Shown: in pieces, positions 60,610 through 64,000 of the stretch
Layout: every line of letters begins with the position of its first letter
How positions within the stretch are numbered: the first letter of the stretch is position 1
Assembly (NCBI GenBank): GCA_934098665.1
Contig: CAKOOO010000003.1
Coordinates: forward strand, 28,125 to 92,124
DNA: 64,000 nt
Source: an uncultured Bacilli bacterium
Lineage (GTDB): Bacteria > Bacillota_I > Bacilli_A > RF39 > UBA660
Direction of reading: 5' to 3'
Translations under genes and position numbers: made by a program
Notes under the pieces: generated by a model
Seen by the model: only the letters and a program-made list of their open reading frames with translations
Told to the model about the DNA's origin: nothing
Database searches by the model: none

Positions 60610-60709
60610 TTAGAAAAGGCTCATAAGGGCGGTCATAGGTTCCTTGAGCCACCATTGCCAATAAAAAAAGTAGCCCTCACAATGTGAAAACTACTATTAC
60701 TTTTTTTAT

Positions 60710-60734
60710 TGGTGCAGGTAAAGGGACTTGAACC
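60710..60734 (-). tRNA. Displaced tRNA 3'-end fragment (T-loop to CCA), putative prophage attachment-site half
   Basis: The minus strand reads GGTTCAAGTCCCTTTACCTGCACCA: the T-loop box GGTTCAAGTCC, the 3' T-stem, a 7-nt acceptor strand, a discriminator A and CCA. No matching 5' half (GCAGGTA...) within the next 80 nt. Confidence 0.45.
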
Positions 60735-60763
60735 TACTAATAAAATAATCAGGAAAGGAAATT

Positions 60764-60949
60764 TTGAGTTATTTTATTTTGTATGATTTTGAAGATAATA
60801 TTGTATGCTATATTGATAGTTTAAACGAATTTAAATTAAAATTTAATTATCCTGTTTATGAATTAAATAGGAAATTTAAAAATAGTAAATCAAATTTTAT
60901 TTTATTTAATATTGAAAATAAGAAATATAAACTTTACAAGTTTAGTTAG
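60764..60949 (+). CDS. Prophage hypothetical protein (61 aa), TTG start
   Basis: ORF track entry. First ORF inside the element. No recognisable motif. Confidence 0.35.
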   Translation: MSYFILYDFEDNIVCYIDSLNEFKLKFNYPVYELNRKFKNSKSNFILFNIENKKYKLYKFS

Positions 60950-60963
60950 GGAGGAAAATTATT

Positions 60964-61146
60964 ATGTCAAAATATTTTTTATTTTTTATTGGTGGTTTTG
61001 CGTATAGTTATTTTTTAGATTTTTCTATAGAATTAACTAGAAAAAAATGGCGTAAAGAAGCTAATTATAAATGTAATAATTGTAAAGTCTGGGACTGTCC
61101 AGTTCATTATTGTAGAAAGAAAGGAGAAAAAAATGAAAAAAATTAA
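60964..61146 (+). CDS. Prophage small membrane protein with Cys-rich tail
   Basis: GGGAGG RBS. One TM segment (YFLFFIGGFAYSYFL), then CNNCKVWDCPVHYC. Confidence 0.4.
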   Translation: MSKYFLFFIGGFAYSYFLDFSIELTRKKWRKEANYKCNNCKVWDCPVHYCRKKGEKNEKN

Positions 61147-61279
61147 ACATTATGTTATAGAGTTGGTATTTACAGATTCAAAAGATGTAGAATTGTTATT
61201 GTATTATTTAGATTTTTTGAATTTTAAATCACTTGATTATGTTGTTAAGTCTTCTTTTGATGTTGAAAATATAGATTAA
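61133..61279 (+). CDS. Prophage hypothetical protein (48 aa; below the ORF-track cutoff)
   Basis: AAGGAG RBS at 61121-61126, ATG at 61133, MKKIKHYVIELVFTDSKDVELLLYYLDFLNFKSLDYVVKSSFDVENID. Confidence 0.3.
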   Translation: MKKIKHYVIELVFTDSKDVELLLYYLDFLNFKSLDYVVKSSFDVENID

Positions 61280-61356
61280 AATTCTATATTTTTTTTATGC
61301 AATCATGGAGATAGATTTTTTTGATGTTAGACTGATAATAGAAAGGAGCTAAGAAA

Positions 61357-61635
61357 ATGAAAGTTAGTATTATTAAAGTTTCAAGATATGCTTATGAAGA
61401 TAAACAAGGAGCCTATCACGAGGGCACAGTATTATCAGTATTAATGCCTACTGCTGAAACTAAAGATAATGTTGGGTATGATGTCAAACAATTTAGATTA
61501 AATTATAATTTATTCGATGAAATGACAAAATTATTCAAAGAAAATAAACCTGTTGAGTTAGTTATGGACTATGTTCCAATGCGTAATGGTAATTATTATG
61601 CAAAAGCTAAATCAATTAATGGTATTGAATTATAG
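61357..61635 (+). CDS. Prophage protein, candidate ssDNA-binding protein (gVp-like by size and position only)
   Basis: AAAGGAG RBS, 92 aa, beta-rich and soluble, immediately upstream of the coat-type gene as in Ff-type phages. No sequence motif supports the call. Confidence 0.3.
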   Translation: MKVSIIKVSRYAYEDKQGAYHEGTVLSVLMPTAETKDNVGYDVKQFRLNYNLFDEMTKLFKENKPVELVMDYVPMRNGNYYAKAKSINGIEL

Positions 61636-61714
61636 TAAATAGTTGTTAATGCTTTGCTATCTCCTTTTAAGCATTGGCACTGTTTATAGATTAAAAGAAA
61701 GGAGTAAGATACTT

Positions 61715-61918
61715 ATGATGTATTTACTTGATGGTACTGCCGTAAGTGCGGGAGCCGCTTTAAACGAGGGTTTAAAAACTAATATTACCGCTTCAGGAAT
61801 TTTAAGCGAATTTATTAGTGTATTACCTTGGATCGGTGGTATGGTTGCAGTTGCATTTGTAATCTACGAGGCTCGTAAACTTATTAAAGGTACTGCCAAA
61901 GGTAAAGTTAGAGTCTAG
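61715..61918 (+). CDS. Inovirus major coat protein-like (67 aa)
   Basis: The start is moved to the ATG at 61715, which follows AAAGGAG. MMYLLDGTAVSAGA|ALNEGLKTNITASGILSEFISVLPWIGGMVAVAFVIYEARKLIKGTAKGKVRV has an amphipathic N-terminal part, one TM helix and a Lys/Arg-rich C-terminus, which is the classic g8p layout. Confidence 0.6.
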   Translation: MMYLLDGTAVSAGAALNEGLKTNITASGILSEFISVLPWIGGMVAVAFVIYEARKLIKGTAKGKVRV

Positions 61919-61953
61919 TGCTCTAACTTTTTAAAAAGAAAGGAAGATTTTAT

Positions 61954-62067
61954 ATGATAGATGTTTGTGTAACAATGATGTTACAATTATTCGAAATTAT
62001 ACCAATTTATATTGTCATTTATTTCATATTTGATTTTATTGGTAGTTTCTTGTTTGGGAGGAGTTAG
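61954..62067 (+). CDS. Tiny hydrophobic protein (37 aa), minor-coat (g7p/g9p)-like by size and position
   Basis: AAGGAAG RBS. MIDVCVTMMLQLFEIIPIYIVIYFIFDFIGSFLFGRS. Its 3' end supplies the GGGAGGAG RBS of the next ORF. Confidence 0.35.
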   Translation: MIDVCVTMMLQLFEIIPIYIVIYFIFDFIGSFLFGRS

Positions 62068-62069
62068 AA

Positions 62070-62411
62070 ATGATTTATGTTCCCGATATTAACTATAAGT
62101 GTTATGTTATTATTAATTCTGATACTATTAGAGCATATGAACAGGTGCCTTATAACCCTGGATATAATCAAAATATATCAATTAATTACCGTGATTATTA
62201 TATTAATTCTAATTATATTTACACTGATAGTTCACAGACTTTTAGTAGTTATTCTACTCTACCTACTTGTTTAAATAGTGAAGTTTTAACTACTGATTAT
62301 ATGTATAGACTTGATTTTGATAAGATTTTAATTATGTTCTTGATTATGTTTATTTTTATTGTACATGTTCCATTTAAAATGTTTACAAGTTTATTCAGGA
62401 GGTTACGATGA
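62070..62411 (+). CDS. Prophage C-terminally anchored protein (113 aa)
   Basis: Asn/Tyr-rich ectodomain, C-terminal TM (ILIMFLIMFIFIV) plus a basic tail (FRRLR). ATGA overlap with the next gene. Confidence 0.45.
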   Translation: MIYVPDINYKCYVIINSDTIRAYEQVPYNPGYNQNISINYRDYYINSNYIYTDSSQTFSSYSTLPTCLNSEVLTTDYMYRLDFDKILIMFLIMFIFIVHVPFKMFTSLFRRLR

Positions 62412-63442
62412 AAAATATTGATTTAAAACAACTTGCTAAAAAAGTATTTAAATATTTAATAATTACATTATTAATTTGGTTTGTTAAAGTATTTATGTTT
62501 GGTAATGTTAGTGCTGCTACTGTTGATATTCAATTAACTTCATTTAAATATGATACTCGTAATATGTTAAATCTTGATTGGTATTCTATTGGTGCTGGTA
62601 ATTCTCATTTAGAATTTGATTTTGATTTTATTAATAGTAATGTACCTAATACAAGTTATTTGTATACATCAATTGTTTTATGTGCTGATACTACTTATTC
62701 AAGTAGTTATGCTACTGACCCTAGTGAAATTACTAACATACAAATTAATAATACTAATTATAGTTGTACTTATAAAAATTCTTCTTATACTGGAGGAAAA
62801 GTTGTTATTATTAATTTTTTAGCATATAGCACTGGTGCTAATTCTATTGTTATTTATCAAAATGATGATGCTAGTATTCAGTTAATTGATTTTGTTGTAG
62901 ATAGTTCATCTTATGTAAATCCAATGAATTACTCATCACAAACTGCAATTAATCAGAATAGTCAAATTATAAATCAAAATACCACAATTATAAATAAACA
63001 AGACCAAACTAATAGTAAATTAGATGATTTAAATTCTAAAACTGATAAAACTAATCAAGAATTAAAAGATACTAATGATTTTCTAAAGGATAATACCGAG
63101 GCTAATGTTGATGTTTCTGGTTTGGGTACTGTATCAGGTTTATTACCTGCGGGTCCAGTAGATAGTTTACTTAATATTCCATTTAAGTTTTTATCGGTTT
63201 TATCAAGTTCAGTAAGTGGTGCTTGCGTTCCCGTATCTACTAATTGGGTATTTAATACTACACTTAATATTCCGTGCTTTAGTGAACAATTTTATAGTGA
63301 GGTACCTACTGCATTAATGACATTTTTACAGGTTGTACCTTGTGCATTTATTTTAATTAAATATTTTAAACATTTATATAAGAAAGTTGATAGAGCCGTT
63401 ACTATGAATACTACGGCTGATGATGAGTGGGGAGTGATTTAA
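62408..63442 (+). CDS. Prophage large membrane protein, candidate adsorption/minor coat protein (g3p-like by position)
   Basis: N-terminal signal/TM ending ...GNVSAA, central N/Q/K/D-rich low-complexity linker (NQNSQIINQNTTIINKQDQTNSKLDDLNSKTDKTNQELKDTN), C-terminal hydrophobic anchor. Confidence 0.45.
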   Translation: MKNIDLKQLAKKVFKYLIITLLIWFVKVFMFGNVSAATVDIQLTSFKYDTRNMLNLDWYSIGAGNSHLEFDFDFINSNVPNTSYLYTSIVLCADTTYSSSYATDPSEITNIQINNTNYSCTYKNSSYTGGKVVIINFLAYSTGANSIVIYQNDDASIQLIDFVVDSSSYVNPMNYSSQTAINQNSQIINQNTTIINKQDQTNSKLDDLNSKTDKTNQELKDTNDFLKDNTEANVDVSGLGTVSGLLPAGPVDSLLNIPFKFLSVLSSSVSGACVPVSTNWVFNTTLNIPCFSEQFYSEVPTALMTFLQVVPCAFILIKYFKHLYKKVDRAVTMNTTADDEWGVI

Positions 63443-63443
63443 A

Positions 63444-63761
63444 ATGGTAGCAAAATTATTAAATGGCTTTTTTAGCCTATTATTAAAATTATTAATGACT
63501 TTAGTGCAAATTATTTGTTTACCTATTAATGCTTTATTTGACAATGTATTTCCAGATTTTAGTAGTAAATTAACCTTAATTGATAATGGCTTAAATACCG
63601 CTTATAGTGGCTTATCATTTGCCATTAATATTATTCCACCTATGGTAAGAGAAACAATTGCCTTTATTATCTCAATAGAACTTGCAATGCTTGTAATTAT
63701 GAAGTCTACTCATTTAACTAGTAAAGTTTGGACATTGCTTCAAAAAATTAAATTTTGGTAG
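63444..63761 (+). CDS. Prophage polytopic membrane protein (g6p-like by position)
   Basis: 105 aa, 3 hydrophobic segments, starts 1 nt after the preceding gene. Confidence 0.4.
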   Translation: MVAKLLNGFFSLLLKLLMTLVQIICLPINALFDNVFPDFSSKLTLIDNGLNTAYSGLSFAINIIPPMVRETIAFIISIELAMLVIMKSTHLTSKVWTLLQKIKFW

Positions 63762-63767
63762 GTGTCT

Positions 63768-64000
63768 ATGCAATTTTTTAAAACTAAAATTGAATTTAAT
63801 ACATTTTTTAAAAAAGGCTTACCACCAATTGATGATAGATTTGGAGTATATTTCGTTTGTGGTCGTCAAGGTAGTGGTAAAAATTATTATGCAGTTAAAT
63901 TACTGCTCGCGCAAGATAAAGTCACTTGCGCGAGCGTTAAATCTAATGTACACAGTTTAAATATACCAGGTTATAATATTAAATATTTTAACGATATTAC
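63768..64000 (+). CDS. Zot/pI-like assembly ATPase, N-terminal part (runs off the right edge)
   Basis: Partial, so absent from the ORF track. ATG at 63768: MQFFKTKIEFNTFFKKGLPPIDDRFGVYFVCGRQGSGKNYYAVKLLLAQDK... The segment hyFVxGxxGSGK with a following hydrophobic helix resembles the pI/Zot N-terminus. Confidence 0.55.
   Translation, partial: MQFFKTKIEFNTFFKKGLPPIDDRFGVYFVCGRQGSGKNYYAVKLLLAQDKVTCASVKSNVHSLNIPGYNIKYFNDI

Larger units (their letters stand above)
60735..64000 (+). mobile_element. Filamentous (inovirus-like) prophage, left part; continues past the window edge
   Basis: The coding strand switches abruptly to plus. Tightly packed small ORFs have GGAG-type RBSs. The gene order is ssDNA-binding-size protein, 67-aa coat-type protein, tiny hydrophobic protein, membrane-anchored proteins, then a Zot/pI-like P-loop protein. 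The element abuts a tRNA 3' fragment. Confidence 0.65.

Noticed and set aside
60710-60790. A complete tRNA gene on the minus strand
   Set aside because: Only the 3' 25 nt look like tRNA. The positions that should form the 5' T-stem, anticodon arm, D-arm and 5' acceptor strand are AT-rich non-pairing sequence that overlaps a phage ORF.
62077-62822. Track ORFs 62077..62274 and 62616..62822
   Set aside because: They are Leu/Ile-rich alternative frames nested inside the better-supported phage ORFs 62070..62411 and 62408..63442, which have RBSs and translational coupling.

Overview
This is a very AT-rich chromosomal segment that uses the standard bacterial code: Trp is TGG, and TGA serves as the stop in ATGA gene overlaps. 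The host is a low-GC, spore-forming Firmicute, as shown by polC plus dnaE, cotE, yqfC/yqfD and murB/murG. About 60 kb is housekeeping sequence encoded almost entirely on the minus strand. It includes mutL', yqeH, yqeG, polC, dnaE, ruvAB, rpsP, a Tad-like secretion operon, a clpC-like gene, ligA, pcrA, proS, glyQS behind a T-box leader, queH, divIB, murB, murG, tmk, tdk, recO, era, dgkA, ybeY, yqfD/C and tex. Three things stand out. (1) A family of secreted or surface-protein paralogues comprises two tandem long forms, a two-gene operon of short forms, an N-terminal-module-only relative and one orphan 3' remnant. Each expression unit is preceded by a homologous switch of about 150 bp. The switch is a conserved TTTAAA-17-TAT(A/T)AT promoter on an 85-89 bp core, bracketed by inverted recombinase-type sites (TTTTCTTAAA-N9-TTTAAGAAAA). 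In two copies the promoter faces the gene. In the third copy the core is reverse-complemented between co-linear flanks. This is direct sequence evidence for a multi-locus DNA-inversion (phase-variation) system, and its recombinase is not in this window. (2) The last ~3.3 kb, all plus strand, is the start of a filamentous (inovirus-like) prophage that abuts a displaced tRNA 3'-end fragment. It has a major-coat-type 67-aa protein, small hydrophobic proteins and a Zot/pI-like ATPase, and it carries a conspicuous GC-rich hairpin. (3) Just left of the prophage lie decayed island remnants: a PD-(D/E)XK nuclease-like pseudogene and a tRNA-like minihelix. All calls come from reading the sequence and from remembered family motifs. 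No database search was run.
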